Below are positions 37,683-47,922 of a DNA stretch of 64,000 nt, piece by piece. The stretch's first letter is position 1, and every line of letters begins with the position of its first letter. The DNA is taken from NCBI GenBank assembly GCA_038859955.1, contig JAWCEH010000002.1, positions 3,306 through 67,305 on the forward strand. Direction: 5' to 3'. A program made the position numbers and the translations under genes. The DNA comes from Candidatus Bathyarchaeia archaeon (GTDB lineage: Archaea > Thermoproteota > Bathyarchaeia > Bathyarchaeales > DTEX01). The notes under the pieces were generated by a model. The model was not told where the DNA came from and did not search any database. It saw only the letters and a program-made list of their open reading frames with translations.

Positions 37683-38177
37683 ATGGTGAATTTACTTGTA
37701 GTTTACGATTCAAAAACCGGGAATACGGAAAAAGCGGCATTTCTAATCGCTGAGGGAATAAAGAAGGTTAAGGGAATAAACTGCATTGTAAAAAGGGTTG
37801 ATGAAACAAAATTGGATGATTTATTGAATGCTGATGGAATTATAATTGGTTCTCCTACGTATTATGGCGGAATGAGCGCTAAGATAAAGGATTTAATCGA
37901 CAGGAGTGTAGAGATACACGGTAAGCTTGAAGGTAAGGTTGGAGCCGCATTCACGACGTCTGGTGGAACTGCGACGGGAGCTGAAACAACGATATTGTCT
38001 ATTATTAAGGCTTTGTTAATTCATGGTATGATTATTAAGGGAAACCCAGAAGACAAACATTATGGTTTAGCAATCGTAGGTGCGCCAGAAAGTGAAAGAG
38101 ACAAGGATCTCTGCAGGGAATTCGGGTTCAAAATCGCGAATTTAACATTAAAGATCACTAAATCTAAAACAGATTAG
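37683..38177 (+). CDS. Flavodoxin-fold NAD(P)H:quinone oxidoreductase (WrbA-like)
   Basis: VVYDSKTGNTEKAA and GSPTYYGGMSA are flavodoxin-like FMN-binding motifs. Confidence 0.75.
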   Translation: MVNLLVVYDSKTGNTEKAAFLIAEGIKKVKGINCIVKRVDETKLDDLLNADGIIIGSPTYYGGMSAKIKDLIDRSVEIHGKLEGKVGAAFTTSGGTATGAETTILSIIKALLIHGMIIKGNPEDKHYGLAIVGAPESERDKDLCREFGFKIANLTLKITKSKTD

Positions 38178-38237
38178 AAGCCTTCAGCGTTAACAAATTT
38201 TCAACAGAATTTATCTTCAGATTTTCATAAGGATTAA

Positions 38238-39533
38238 ATGGTAATGCGAATGAAAGCGGTCGTTTTAGCTGCTGGTGAAGGACATAGACTTCGACCCTTA
38301 ACCTTTACCCGCCCGAAACACATGATACCAGTGGGTGGAAAGCCAATTTTAGAGCATCTCATAGATGCGCTTAAGTTAGCTGAAATAGAAGAAATCTTAA
38401 TAGTAGTTAACTATAAGGCTGAAGTTATCCAAGAATATTTTGGCAATGGCTCTGAGCATGGCGTTAAGATAAAATACGTACCTCAAAGTAGAGTGTTTGG
38501 AACAGCTGATGCTATATCCGTTGTGGAGAAATATGTGGACGAAGATTTCTTGGTTGTAAATGGCGATTTGCTTGTATCAGCCAGCTCAATAAAATCAGTT
38601 ATTGAAGCTCATGAGAAAATGAGAGCATTTGCCACTCTAGCAGCTGTTTATGTGGATAGGCCTGAACAGTATGGTGTTTTAGAAGTGGACCGTGGACGTT
38701 TAGTCGATATACTGGAGAAGCCATCTTTAGGTGAAACTTTAAGTGGGCTTGTGAATGCAGGCATTTACATGTTTTCAACAGGAATATTTGATTTTATAAA
38801 GCGTACAGAACCATCTCAAAGAGGCGAACTTGAGATAACCGATTCGATACGCTTAATCGCTAAAGAGGGAAAAATGATATCCGTGACGGAGATTTCCAGG
38901 GATACTTGGCTTGACATTGGAAGACCATGGGATCTTTTGGACGCCAATGTACATGTGCTCAAATCAATTAAGCCAAATATTTTAGGAAAAGTTGAGGAGG
39001 GAGCTCATATCAAAGGGTCTGTCTTTGTAGGTAATAATGCAATTATCCGCGCAGGTTCGTATATCGAGGGGCCCGCTTACATAGGTGATGAAAGTGACAT
39101 TGGACCAAACTGTTATATACGTCCCTACACGAGCATCGGTAAAAAGGTTAGGGTTGGAAATGCATGTGAGGTCAAAAATAGCATATTGATGGATAATGTT
39201 CACGTAGGACATTTATCCTATGTTGGTGATAGCGTAATAGGCGAGGGGTGTAATCTAGGAGCCGGGTTTATCTCAGCAAATCTCCGTTTTGATAAGAAAA
39301 CTGTAAAAATGAAAGTTAAAGGAGAGAAAATAGATACTGGTAGAATGAAGATGGGTGTTATCATGGGTGACAATGTCATGACTGGTGTAGGAGCCTTATT
39401 TATGCCGGGTGTAACAGTTGGCTGCAATAGCTGGATTGGCCCAAATATAGTTGTTTATGAAGATATCCCACCGAATACAATTCTTTCACTGAAACAACAA
39501 ATTGTTTGTAAAAATTTTTCGGAGATACAATAA
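38238..39533 (+). CDS. Bifunctional sugar-1-phosphate nucleotidyltransferase plus left-handed beta-helix acyltransferase (GlmU/ST0452-like)
   Basis: MKAVVLAAGEGHRLRPLTFTRPKHMIPV is the NTP-transferase motif. The C-terminal half contains hexapeptide repeats. The start could instead be the Met at 38250. Confidence 0.85.
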   Translation: MVMRMKAVVLAAGEGHRLRPLTFTRPKHMIPVGGKPILEHLIDALKLAEIEEILIVVNYKAEVIQEYFGNGSEHGVKIKYVPQSRVFGTADAISVVEKYVDEDFLVVNGDLLVSASSIKSVIEAHEKMRAFATLAAVYVDRPEQYGVLEVDRGRLVDILEKPSLGETLSGLVNAGIYMFSTGIFDFIKRTEPSQRGELEITDSIRLIAKEGKMISVTEISRDTWLDIGRPWDLLDANVHVLKSIKPNILGKVEEGAHIKGSVFVGNNAIIRAGSYIEGPAYIGDESDIGPNCYIRPYTSIGKKVRVGNACEVKNSILMDNVHVGHLSYVGDSVIGEGCNLGAGFISANLRFDKKTVKMKVKGEKIDTGRMKMGVIMGDNVMTGVGALFMPGVTVGCNSWIGPNIVVYEDIPPNTILSLKQQIVCKNFSEIQ

Positions 39534-39586
39534 AGTAATAAGTACCCAAAAAATAATAATACTAAGTTAATTTAGGGAGAGAAATC

Positions 39587-40012
39587 ATGTCAACCGCTGA
39601 GAGAAGATTCATCACGGAAGTTTCTTCGCTTATTGATAGAATAGTTAGTGTTACGACAATTGATGGAAAAATTTATACGGGAACGCTGGTTGGAATAGAT
39701 CCGGAAAGCCTAAGTTTATGTCTTTCAGATGCAAAAGATGCAAAGGGACAAGTTATACCAAAGATTGTATTAAGCGGAAGCAGAATTGCTGAAATTTTTT
39801 CAGCTGAAAAACCCTTTGACCTTAAAGGTTTAGCTGATAGACTTGAAAGGGTTTTCCCAAGAATGGTTAAACTTTATGAGAAAGAGGGTTTCATCTGGGT
39901 TATGGATAGAATCAAAGTGACGCAAGATGGGGTAGTTGAGGGAACAGGGCCGGCTGCTGAAAGGGTTCAAAAGGTGTATCAACAATTTATGCAGGAGATG
40001 AAGGGCGGATAG
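39587..40012 (+). CDS. Sm-like (LSm) domain protein with a C-terminal extension
   Basis: LIDRIVSVTTIDGKIYTGTLVGIDPESLSLCLSDA fits the Sm1/Sm2 pattern, and an unassigned domain of about 70 aa follows. Confidence 0.55.
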   Translation: MSTAERRFITEVSSLIDRIVSVTTIDGKIYTGTLVGIDPESLSLCLSDAKDAKGQVIPKIVLSGSRIAEIFSAEKPFDLKGLADRLERVFPRMVKLYEKEGFIWVMDRIKVTQDGVVEGTGPAAERVQKVYQQFMQEMKGG

Positions 40013-40086
40013 AGGTGTATGGGAAACTCTCCAGCGTTCCAATTATTTAGTGTAAAGCATCTACCAAAGATATTAACCCAACATTT

Positions 40087-40833
40087 TTAGATGAACCATT
40101 CAGGTTCCGCTTTTTTCTCCCTTATCTTTGATAAGGCGCCAAAATCAAAGGGCGATAGAACACTTATCAAATCTCTTGGATCACCTAAATCATTCACATC
40201 AATCTTAATCTTTAAAATGTGAGATAGAGCTTTTAAAAGTTCTTTAGCAGCCTCCTTATCTGGAAAATTGCCGGAGGTTTCAGAGAGGAGGCAAAGCCCC
40301 TTAAGACCACGCAATTTACACATGCCAACCAAAAGGCCAGCTACACCAAATATGTTAATCGCTAAAACCTCAGCCCCTAAATCTCTTGCAATTTTCGCCA
40401 TCTCGTGATCCGAGGCGGCAAAGTAAAGTCTGGGTTTGACGACGTCTCTACCAGGCCTATAACCTCCAAGAGTTATAACAAATTTGCAACCTAAATCTTC
40501 AGCGATATCAAGTATGCACCCACAGAGCTCGTACTGTCCGCGGGCCGCGAGAGCCTGGGTATTTCCATAAAGAAGTATTAAGTCTCGTTCATCCTTGTTT
40601 TTTCCCTTGTAGTAGTAAAACTGATTAACTGGATGGTTAATATAGCCCATTTTGTCAGTTATCGCCATGTCATGGAAGTATGATGATTTAATCTCGCAGA
40701 AGAGTTTTGCATTGAGCCTTTTTATGAGATATGATACCGCTATATTTGCGACAAGCCCTATCCCTGGTAGACCCTCCACTAAAACTGGATCGTTTAGATT
40801 TGGCTTCTCGTAAATTTTTATCTCATATACCAA
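40087..40833 (-). CDS. PAC2-family proteasome assembly chaperone-like protein (COG1938)
   Basis: 248 aa. PVLVEGLPGIGLVANIA near the N-terminus is typical of the archaeal PAC2 family. Confidence 0.7.
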   Translation of the reverse strand: MVYEIKIYEKPNLNDPVLVEGLPGIGLVANIAVSYLIKRLNAKLFCEIKSSYFHDMAITDKMGYINHPVNQFYYYKGKNKDERDLILLYGNTQALAARGQYELCGCILDIAEDLGCKFVITLGGYRPGRDVVKPRLYFAASDHEMAKIARDLGAEVLAINIFGVAGLLVGMCKLRGLKGLCLLSETSGNFPDKEAAKELLKALSHILKIKIDVNDLGDPRDLISVLSPFDFGALSKIREKKAEPEWFI

Positions 40834-40900
40834 ATATTTACACCTTGCTTAATTATAAGAAATAGAAAATAATAAGCATCTTGGTTGGTGTGTCAAGTTT

Positions 40901-42469
40901 ATGGTTGAATTCGAAGTTCGTGATAGAGATCTTTTAGCAAGAATCGGGAGACTTAGGACTAAAAGTGGTATAATTGAAACACCAGCTTTTTTGCCAGTTA
41001 TAAATCCGATTAAAGAGATTGTAGCGCCTAAAGATTTATGGGATAACTTTGGCTGCAAAGCCCTAATAACGAACGCGTATATTACTAGAAAGCATTTCGG
41101 TGAGGAAGCTAAAAAGAGGGGGATTCATAGGATACTTGAGTTTCCAGGGGTAATAATGACGGATTCCGGTGCATACCAGATTCTCACTTATGGAAGCGTA
41201 GAGGTAACTAATGAAGAAATTGTGAGGTATCAAGAGGATATAGGCTCGGATATCGCAACAATATTAGATGTGCCAACTGGTTGGAATGTTACAATAGAAT
41301 ACGCGAAATATACTGTCGAAGAAACGTTAAGGAGAGCTAAAGAGCTAGAGAACTTGAAAAGGCGAATGGATTTATGTTGGGTTGGACCTATCCAAGGTGG
41401 TTGCTATATTGATTTTATATCTTTTTCAGCTAGGGAGATGGGAAAGCTTCCATTTGACATTCATGCTTTAGGCAGTCCAACGCCAATTATGGAGCAGTAT
41501 TTATTTAGCATACTAGTGGACATGATTTTTGCAGCTAAAATAAATGCACCGTTAGATCGACCGTTTCATCTTTTTGGGGCCGGACACCCCCTTATATTTT
41601 CTTTAGTTGTTGCTCTAGGATGCGACCTTTTCGATTCAGCGGCCTACTCACTCTTTGCACGAGAGGATCGTTATTTAACTGACTATGGAACAATACGCCT
41701 TGAAAATATTGAATATCTACCATGCTCATGCCCAATATGTACAAAATATGATCCAAGAGACTTAATGGAAATGCCAAAAAACGAGAGGGAGAGAGAATTA
41801 AGTAAACACAATTTGTATGTCTGCTTTACTGAGATTAAAAGAATTAAGCAAGCAATAGTCGAAGGAAGATTATGGGAATACATGGAAATGAGGGCGTACA
41901 GCCACCCCTCACTCCTACAAGCACTAAATAGACTTCAAAAATACAGTGAGTACATCGAAAGATACAGCCCTCATATTAAAAAAAGGGGTCTATTCTTTTT
42001 CGGTCCAGCTGATCTAGCGAGACCTGAAGTAATTCGACACATTAAAAGATTAACAGAACGATATACGCCTCCAGAGTGGTCTAAGATCCTTCTTCTTGTT
42101 CCAGATTTCGAGACAAAAAGCACTCGTAAACGTAAGCGACTTAAAAAAATAGTATCTTTGGTATGTAAAAAACTCGGCTTAATTTTAGATGCCGTCCACA
42201 TATGCTTTTATTCGCCAGCCTTCGGCATTATACCAATCGAGCTTTCTGAAACTTACCCTCTATATCAGTACGAATATGCGTATCCGCCAGACATTAACGT
42301 AATGAATTATATGGCTGAAAAAATTTTAGATTACATCATTAATATGCCTTATACAGAGGTGGTTATCTTAGTAGAATCGAATTCATGGAGCGAGAATCTA
42401 TCAAAGATCTGTATCGAAAAAGCTCTTAAAAGAGAAATTAAAACTAAGATTTCAATTCTAAATTTATAA
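40901..42469 (+). CDS. tgtA: Archaeosine tRNA-guanine transglycosylase (short form; no obvious PUA domain)
   Basis: FEVRDRDLLARIGRLRTKSGIIETPAFLPVINP, MTDSGAYQ, and the zinc motif CSCPICTKY with a downstream His. At 522 aa it is shorter than PUA-containing ArcTGTs. Confidence 0.85.
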   Translation: MVEFEVRDRDLLARIGRLRTKSGIIETPAFLPVINPIKEIVAPKDLWDNFGCKALITNAYITRKHFGEEAKKRGIHRILEFPGVIMTDSGAYQILTYGSVEVTNEEIVRYQEDIGSDIATILDVPTGWNVTIEYAKYTVEETLRRAKELENLKRRMDLCWVGPIQGGCYIDFISFSAREMGKLPFDIHALGSPTPIMEQYLFSILVDMIFAAKINAPLDRPFHLFGAGHPLIFSLVVALGCDLFDSAAYSLFAREDRYLTDYGTIRLENIEYLPCSCPICTKYDPRDLMEMPKNERERELSKHNLYVCFTEIKRIKQAIVEGRLWEYMEMRAYSHPSLLQALNRLQKYSEYIERYSPHIKKRGLFFFGPADLARPEVIRHIKRLTERYTPPEWSKILLLVPDFETKSTRKRKRLKKIVSLVCKKLGLILDAVHICFYSPAFGIIPIELSETYPLYQYEYAYPPDINVMNYMAEKILDYIINMPYTEVVILVESNSWSENLSKICIEKALKREIKTKISILNL

Positions 42470-42582
42470 TCTGTTTTTCCTTTTCCACTAATATAAAAAT
42501 TGAAAAAGTTAATATTGTTGGCTGAACAATTAATAAGGAAAATTAAAAGTCTAAATGATATCCAGATGGTGGAGACAAATCG

Positions 42583-43839
42583 TTGGAGATCACATTTCTA
42601 GGCGGAGCTAGAGAGGTTGGCAGGGCCGCTGTTGCCGTGAAGACCAGCAAAGCGCGGATCCTACTTGATTATGGCGTTATGCTTAACCATACACCAGGCT
42701 TTCCAATGCATATCCCGCCGAAGGAGGTTGACGCGGTAGTGGCAACGCACAGCCACTTAGACCACTCTGGAGCAATCCCAATATTTCATATCAGCGAAAG
42801 AAAAACGGTTTACGGAACAAAACTAAATTTGGAATTAACAACTCTACTAATTAAAGACTTCATTCATTTATCAGGTTACTACCTACCTTTCGAATATATA
42901 GAGCTCAACTCGATGATTAGAAGCCACATAAACGTGAATTATAGAGAAGAAGTTAAAGTAGGTGATATAAAGTTTGAGCTACTGAATTCCGGGCATCTTC
43001 CAGGTGGAGCATCTGTACTTCTTGAGGCTGAAGGTAAACGCTTACTCTACACAAGCGATTTTAATACAGTAGAAACTAGGCTTCTTAGAGGCGCAGATTT
43101 AAACTATGGTGAGCTGGATGCAGTTATAATTGAGAGCACTTACGCAGATGAGGACCACACTGAACGGAGGATTCTTGAAGAAAAATTTATTGAGGAAGTC
43201 ACTAATGTTGTTGAGACTGGTGGTACCGTTCTAGTTCCAGCATTCAGTGTTGGTCGCGCCCAAGAGATCGCGTGCGTTCTTGCAGCCCATCATTTTGAAT
43301 ACTCCGTCGTTTTGGACGGCATGGCACGTGAGGCTAGTAGAATTTTAATGAATAACCTAGAGTACCTTAAAGATTCAAGACTCTTTATGGACGCTATCCA
43401 TATGGTGGGCTGGATTGATGATTGGAGAGAACGAAAGAAGGTGGCAAAGAGACCTGGCGTCATAATAGCACCAGCTGGCATGCTAAAAGGCGGTCCAGCA
43501 ACATACTACGTTCAGATAGTAGGGAAGAAATCTAGAAACGCTATTTTTCTAGTCGGATATCAGATCCCTGGAACACCAGGTCGTGAGCTAATGGAGAAGG
43601 GAAGATGCTTTATAGACGGAAAAGTACGCAAGATTAAAGCTAAAGTAGGCTTCTTTGACTTCTCATCACACTCTGGGGCAAAGGAACTCAAAGAGACCAT
43701 TAAAATTTTAAAGGGAAAACCAGTTGTGTTTACAATCCATGGAGCTGATGGAAACTGCCAAAAGTTTGCCAAGTGGATCAAGGAGGAAGTTGGCCTAGAG
43801 GCTAAGGCCCCAAATTCTGGAGAAACATTTATAGTGTAG
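42583..43839 (+). CDS. Metallo-beta-lactamase / beta-CASP ribonuclease (aCPSF2-like)
   Basis: HSHLDHSG motif and beta-CASP-sized core, 418 aa. TTG start with GGTGGAG upstream. Confidence 0.8.
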   Translation: MEITFLGGAREVGRAAVAVKTSKARILLDYGVMLNHTPGFPMHIPPKEVDAVVATHSHLDHSGAIPIFHISERKTVYGTKLNLELTTLLIKDFIHLSGYYLPFEYIELNSMIRSHINVNYREEVKVGDIKFELLNSGHLPGGASVLLEAEGKRLLYTSDFNTVETRLLRGADLNYGELDAVIIESTYADEDHTERRILEEKFIEEVTNVVETGGTVLVPAFSVGRAQEIACVLAAHHFEYSVVLDGMAREASRILMNNLEYLKDSRLFMDAIHMVGWIDDWRERKKVAKRPGVIIAPAGMLKGGPATYYVQIVGKKSRNAIFLVGYQIPGTPGRELMEKGRCFIDGKVRKIKAKVGFFDFSSHSGAKELKETIKILKGKPVVFTIHGADGNCQKFAKWIKEEVGLEAKAPNSGETFIV

Positions 43840-43847
43840 GCTCTAAC

Positions 43848-44411
43848 ATGAAGATCTACATAATCCCAATTGGCGATGTTAAAAGAGAGATTTTGAACCT
43901 CATTCAGAGAGGCATAGAAGAGGTATTTTCTAAAGGAATTTGTAATATTCTTGACGATGTAATAAAATTACCTTGCGGGGCATATAACCGTGTAAGAAAA
44001 CAGTATATATCAGAGGCACTATTAAACGAAGTGATAAGGTGTGCTATAAGGCTTGAAAAGGAGACTAAAGAATTAAGTATAGTACTAGGTGTAGCTGACG
44101 TAGATATATACGCTCCTGGAATGAACTTTATATTTGGAGAAGCTCAGTGTCCAGGTAAGGCTGCAATAATATCGCTATATAGGCTTAAACCTGAGTTTTA
44201 TGGCGGAGAGCCAAATAAAAATCTTTTCATAGAGAGAGCCATTAAAGAAGCTACTCATGAATTAGGTCATACATTTGGTCTAAAACATTGTGGAAACCCG
44301 GTCTGTGTTATGCATTTCTCTCTTCATATAGGTATGACTGATAGAAAGCAGCGAGAATTCTGTAACAGTTGCACAAATAAATTAAAAATGAGCATTTTCG
44401 CTAACCGGTAA
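43848..44411 (+). CDS. amzA: Archaemetzincin
   Basis: HELGHTFGLKHCGNPVCVM matches the HExxHxxGxxHC...CxM archaemetzincin signature, and a C-terminal CNSC is present. Confidence 0.88.
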   Translation: MKIYIIPIGDVKREILNLIQRGIEEVFSKGICNILDDVIKLPCGAYNRVRKQYISEALLNEVIRCAIRLEKETKELSIVLGVADVDIYAPGMNFIFGEAQCPGKAAIISLYRLKPEFYGGEPNKNLFIERAIKEATHELGHTFGLKHCGNPVCVMHFSLHIGMTDRKQREFCNSCTNKLKMSIFANR

Positions 44412-44492
44412 TTGGCAAACAATCGTTGATTCTACGATCATGCATAAACTTATAAGATCGAATATAACCCAGTTGATTTCTGGTGGTTAGAA

Positions 44493-45068
44493 ATGATTTA
44501 CATTGTGGGAATTGTTGGCAGCCCAAGGATTGGAGGAAATACTGAAATACTTGTTATGGAGGCACTGAAAGCCGCTGCAGAGGAGGGCGTTCGGGTAGAT
44601 ATTATCAGACTAGCGGATAAAGAAGTTAAACCATGTGATGCCTGCCTCTCATGCAGAAAGACTGGTGAATGCCACATAAAAGATGATTTTCAAGAGATAT
44701 TCAATAAAATGCTTGAAGCCGACGGAGTAATACTGGCTTCACCAGTTTATTTCGGATCCGCAACACCGCAAATAATGGCCTTAATTGATAGGGCTGGATA
44801 CGTTTCTGTTGCTAAAGGTAGAGTCTTTGAGAATAAAGTTGGCGGACCATTAGTTGTGGCTAGAAGAGCTGGCCAAAACTTCACTTTCGCCCAGCTGTTA
44901 TTCTTCTTTCTGCATCAAGGGTTTATTGTCCCAGGATCAACGTACTGGAATATCGCCTTCGGAAGGGAGAAGGGAGATGTTCTCAGGGATGAAGAGGGCT
45001 TAAACACCGCGAGAAATTTTGCTAAAAAAATGGTTTGGTTAATAAAGAAGATAAGAGATTTAGAGTGA
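44493..45068 (+). CDS. Iron-sulfur flavoprotein / NADPH-dependent FMN reductase family
   Basis: GSPRIGGNTE, the Cys cluster CDACLSCRKTGEC, and SPVYFGS. Confidence 0.8.
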   Translation: MIYIVGIVGSPRIGGNTEILVMEALKAAAEEGVRVDIIRLADKEVKPCDACLSCRKTGECHIKDDFQEIFNKMLEADGVILASPVYFGSATPQIMALIDRAGYVSVAKGRVFENKVGGPLVVARRAGQNFTFAQLLFFFLHQGFIVPGSTYWNIAFGREKGDVLRDEEGLNTARNFAKKMVWLIKKIRDLE

Positions 45069-45155
45069 TTTCGTCGGATCATTAAAGACTTCAATTAGAT
45101 ATAATTATAAAAAGAAGAATGTGAGGAAAATGTAACCTCACAAGTCCAATTGGCT

Positions 45156-45434
45156 TTATTCGCTAACGATCTTCTTGAGCTCATTGAGTAATTTCTTGGC
45201 ATGTTCTATGGCCTCTTCAACAAATTCGTATCCTCTATATGGTGCTGCCACGGCTTCAATATTTGATATCTCGGCAATCATCTTCTTTATTCTTTCTTTG
45301 TCCATTCTATTGAGGGCGTCTCTTAAATCTCTTAGAGTTACAAGAACCCTTTTTGCATCGTATGAGAAAAATTCATACGGTCCAATAAGTCCCTCAATCG
45401 CTTCTATTTCACGTAAGGCAATACTTGCGCTCAT
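45156..45434 (-). CDS. Hypothetical helical protein
   Basis: 92-aa ORF with charged helical composition, preferred over the antisense ORF 45175..45474, which is Ser/Ile/Leu-rich and looks like a shadow ORF. Confidence 0.45.
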   Translation of the reverse strand: MSASIALREIEAIEGLIGPYEFFSYDAKRVLVTLRDLRDALNRMDKERIKKMIAEISNIEAVAAPYRGYEFVEEAIEHAKKLLNELKKIVSE

Positions 45435-45497
45435 TTATCACACCAATAGAAAATTTATAAATTCAAAAATATAAATGACTTACTTAATTATAGCAAA

Positions 45498-46358
45498 TTA
45501 TTTCTCGCGCGTTAATGTCACAAGCCCTACAATAAGTAGTAATGCCCCGGCAATCTGCATTGCAGTCGTATATTCTCCGAGTATAAACCACGCTAAAAGG
45601 GCTGTAAAAAGGGGAGATGAGAGTTCAGTTAAAGCGGCTTGACTAGCCTTTAACCTTTTGAGCCCCTCGTAATAGAATATATATCCCAAACCAACTATTA
45701 CTCCTAGAAACACTTGACTAGCAAATCCTATTGTAAACTCGCCAAGGATTAGTAAAAGGATGATGAAGGCTGCTGAGGCCATCAGAAACCTGTAAAATAC
45801 GATTAGAACGCTATTGATATATTTAGTCAAGCGTTTACCCGGTATCGCCACAATCGCCCAGCAGAATGTTGCGAATAAAACCGTGAGGTCGCCCAAATTG
45901 CCGAATTTTAGGCTAAAAAGGTTCTCTATACTCCTGCCAGTAATCAATACTGCCGCAACTCCAATCATTAGCCCTCCAAAAACATCATTCCTTCGAATTC
46001 GTTCACCTAGAAGGAAGAAGCCTAAAAAAGAGACAAAAAGTGGTTGTATGTGAGCCAGTAAAGTAGCGTTAACGGCAAATGTCAAAGTTAATCCGAGGAA
46101 GTATGCTATTGGTGCCAAAAAGGATCCTACTAATCCGATTATTAGGATATCCTTTAAATGAACCCTTTTAACCCTCAAATTTTTATTAGTTAGTAAAATG
46201 TAGACAAGAGAAGTTAATGATGCAAAAATGGATTCTGAGGCGGCAACTTGTAGGAAGTTTAGAGACGAAAGTAACATTTTTCCTAAAACTGCTTCAAGAG
46301 CCCACATTGCGCCAGCTAACACTCCAAACAAGGCACCGAGAGCTTTTTGACCAACCAT
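45498..46358 (-). CDS. EamA/DMT-superfamily transporter
   Basis: 286 aa with about 10 TM helices in two repeated halves, typical of EamA. Confidence 0.8.
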   Translation of the reverse strand: MVGQKALGALFGVLAGAMWALEAVLGKMLLSSLNFLQVAASESIFASLTSLVYILLTNKNLRVKRVHLKDILIIGLVGSFLAPIAYFLGLTLTFAVNATLLAHIQPLFVSFLGFFLLGERIRRNDVFGGLMIGVAAVLITGRSIENLFSLKFGNLGDLTVLFATFCWAIVAIPGKRLTKYINSVLIVFYRFLMASAAFIILLLILGEFTIGFASQVFLGVIVGLGYIFYYEGLKRLKASQAALTELSSPLFTALLAWFILGEYTTAMQIAGALLLIVGLVTLTREK

Positions 46359-46461
46359 ATCAATACCTCGGATTTAATTATTTTAAGATTTAATTATGTT
46401 GAGTGAGATAATGTTAAAAGTATTCATCTCAACAATTAATGAAAATGAAGAGGTGTAATAG

Positions 46462-47478
46462 TTGGAAGCTTTCAGAATTGTTTTCCCATCACCTAACAAG
46501 GTTAATATTGAGAGATTCAGTATTGAAGAGCCTTCAGAAAACGAGGTTCTAATAGAAACCATAGCTACCTTAATAAGCACTGGAACGGAGTTAACGGCCT
46601 TCTCCGGTGATTTCCCAGAGCGATCCGCTTGGTCAGCGTATGTTATGTATCCTTTTATACCAGGATATTCGAGCGTTGGAGAAGTGGTAAAGTGCGGTTC
46701 TAAAGTGAAGGATTTTAAAGTTGGAGATATTGTTGCCGCCACAACGCCGCATGCAACCCATGCTGTTGTGCGCTCTGAACATCTTATTAAAGTCCCAGAA
46801 AACATCAGCCTTGAAGACGCGTGCTTTCATACGATAGCCGCTGGAGTAATAAATTCGGTTAGACTTGCAAAGGTTTCTTTAGGTGAATCCGTTGCTGTTG
46901 TTGGACTCGGGATTTTGGGACAAATGGTGGTGATGTTCTCTAGAATGGCTGGCGCCTACCCAGTGATTGCCCTAGATATTGCTGAAGACAGACTTAAAAT
47001 TGCAAAATCTTCAGGAGCAACATACACTTTATGCGTCGACAATTGGAGTAATACTAGGGAGAGGATTAGGCAAATTACGAAGGGTAGAATGGCGGATAAA
47101 GTCTTTGAGGTGACCGGGAACCCGAATGTTATACCGGAAGCTATAACCTTAACGAGGAATCTAGGATACTTTATAGTGCTGAGTTCACCTAGAGGGAAAA
47201 CATTAATGGACTTTCATGACGAAGTCAATAAGCCAAGTAGAGTAATTATTGGGACGCATTTTACAAGCCAACCTGAGTGCGAAACACTTAACAATCCGTG
47301 GACTAGAAGGAGGAATGCGGAGCTGTACTTTGATCTTTTATCAGCTGGCTACCTAAAAATAAACCATTTGATAACGCACAAATATTCTTGGCATGAGGCC
47401 GAAAAAGCATATAAAATGCTCATGGAAGATAGGACTAAAGCTATTGGCGTAATACTTAGGTTTAAAAGTTATATTTAA
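46462..47478 (+). CDS. Medium-chain (zinc-type) alcohol/threonine dehydrogenase family oxidoreductase
   Basis: GroES-like N-domain (PGYSSVGEVVKCGSKVKDFKVGDIV) and Rossmann motif VVGLGILG. TTG start. Confidence 0.8.
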   Translation: MEAFRIVFPSPNKVNIERFSIEEPSENEVLIETIATLISTGTELTAFSGDFPERSAWSAYVMYPFIPGYSSVGEVVKCGSKVKDFKVGDIVAATTPHATHAVVRSEHLIKVPENISLEDACFHTIAAGVINSVRLAKVSLGESVAVVGLGILGQMVVMFSRMAGAYPVIALDIAEDRLKIAKSSGATYTLCVDNWSNTRERIRQITKGRMADKVFEVTGNPNVIPEAITLTRNLGYFIVLSSPRGKTLMDFHDEVNKPSRVIIGTHFTSQPECETLNNPWTRRRNAELYFDLLSAGYLKINHLITHKYSWHEAEKAYKMLMEDRTKAIGVILRFKSYI

Positions 47479-47514
47479 GCATGGTAGTTAAGTTGTGACA
47501 AGGGTTGTCTATTA

Positions 47515-47868
47515 ATGGGATCAAAGCCTAAACGCATTTTATTTGTTTGTACGGCTAACATGGATCGAAGTCCAACCGCTGAAACCCTGTTGAAAAATTT
47601 TAGAGAATTCGAAGTTAAATCAGCTGGTATATGGCCGAACGCGCGGAGAAGATTAACTAGAGAAATGATAGAATGGGCTGACGTAATATTTGTTATGGAA
47701 GACCACCATAAAGATGCAGTGTTAACCTTAAACAACAGCGCGGAAGATAAAGTGATAGTGCTAAATATTCCGGACATCTACGTGAGAAATGACCCTAAAT
47801 TAGTGAGTATACTAAAAGCAAAATTAACTGAATATTTAGGGATAAACTGGGATAAATCGTTTCTATAA
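47515..47868 (+). CDS. Low-molecular-weight phosphotyrosine phosphatase / ArsC-like protein
   Basis: ILFVCTANMDRSPTAE matches the CX5R(S/T) P-loop. At 117 aa it is a short form. Confidence 0.75.
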   Translation: MGSKPKRILFVCTANMDRSPTAETLLKNFREFEVKSAGIWPNARRRLTREMIEWADVIFVMEDHHKDAVLTLNNSAEDKVIVLNIPDIYVRNDPKLVSILKAKLTEYLGINWDKSFL

Positions 47869-47922
47869 ATGGATGTGCAATAAAATTAAATGAAAGATTG
47901 GTTTTAACGTCACTCAATGCTT

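Noticed and set aside
42481-42492. ttttccactaat as a second, reverse ORB box
   Set aside because: It matches only 8 nt of the core and lacks the CTGG half of the dyad. It is 15 kb from the other ORB-like box and sits in an ordinary short promoter spacer.
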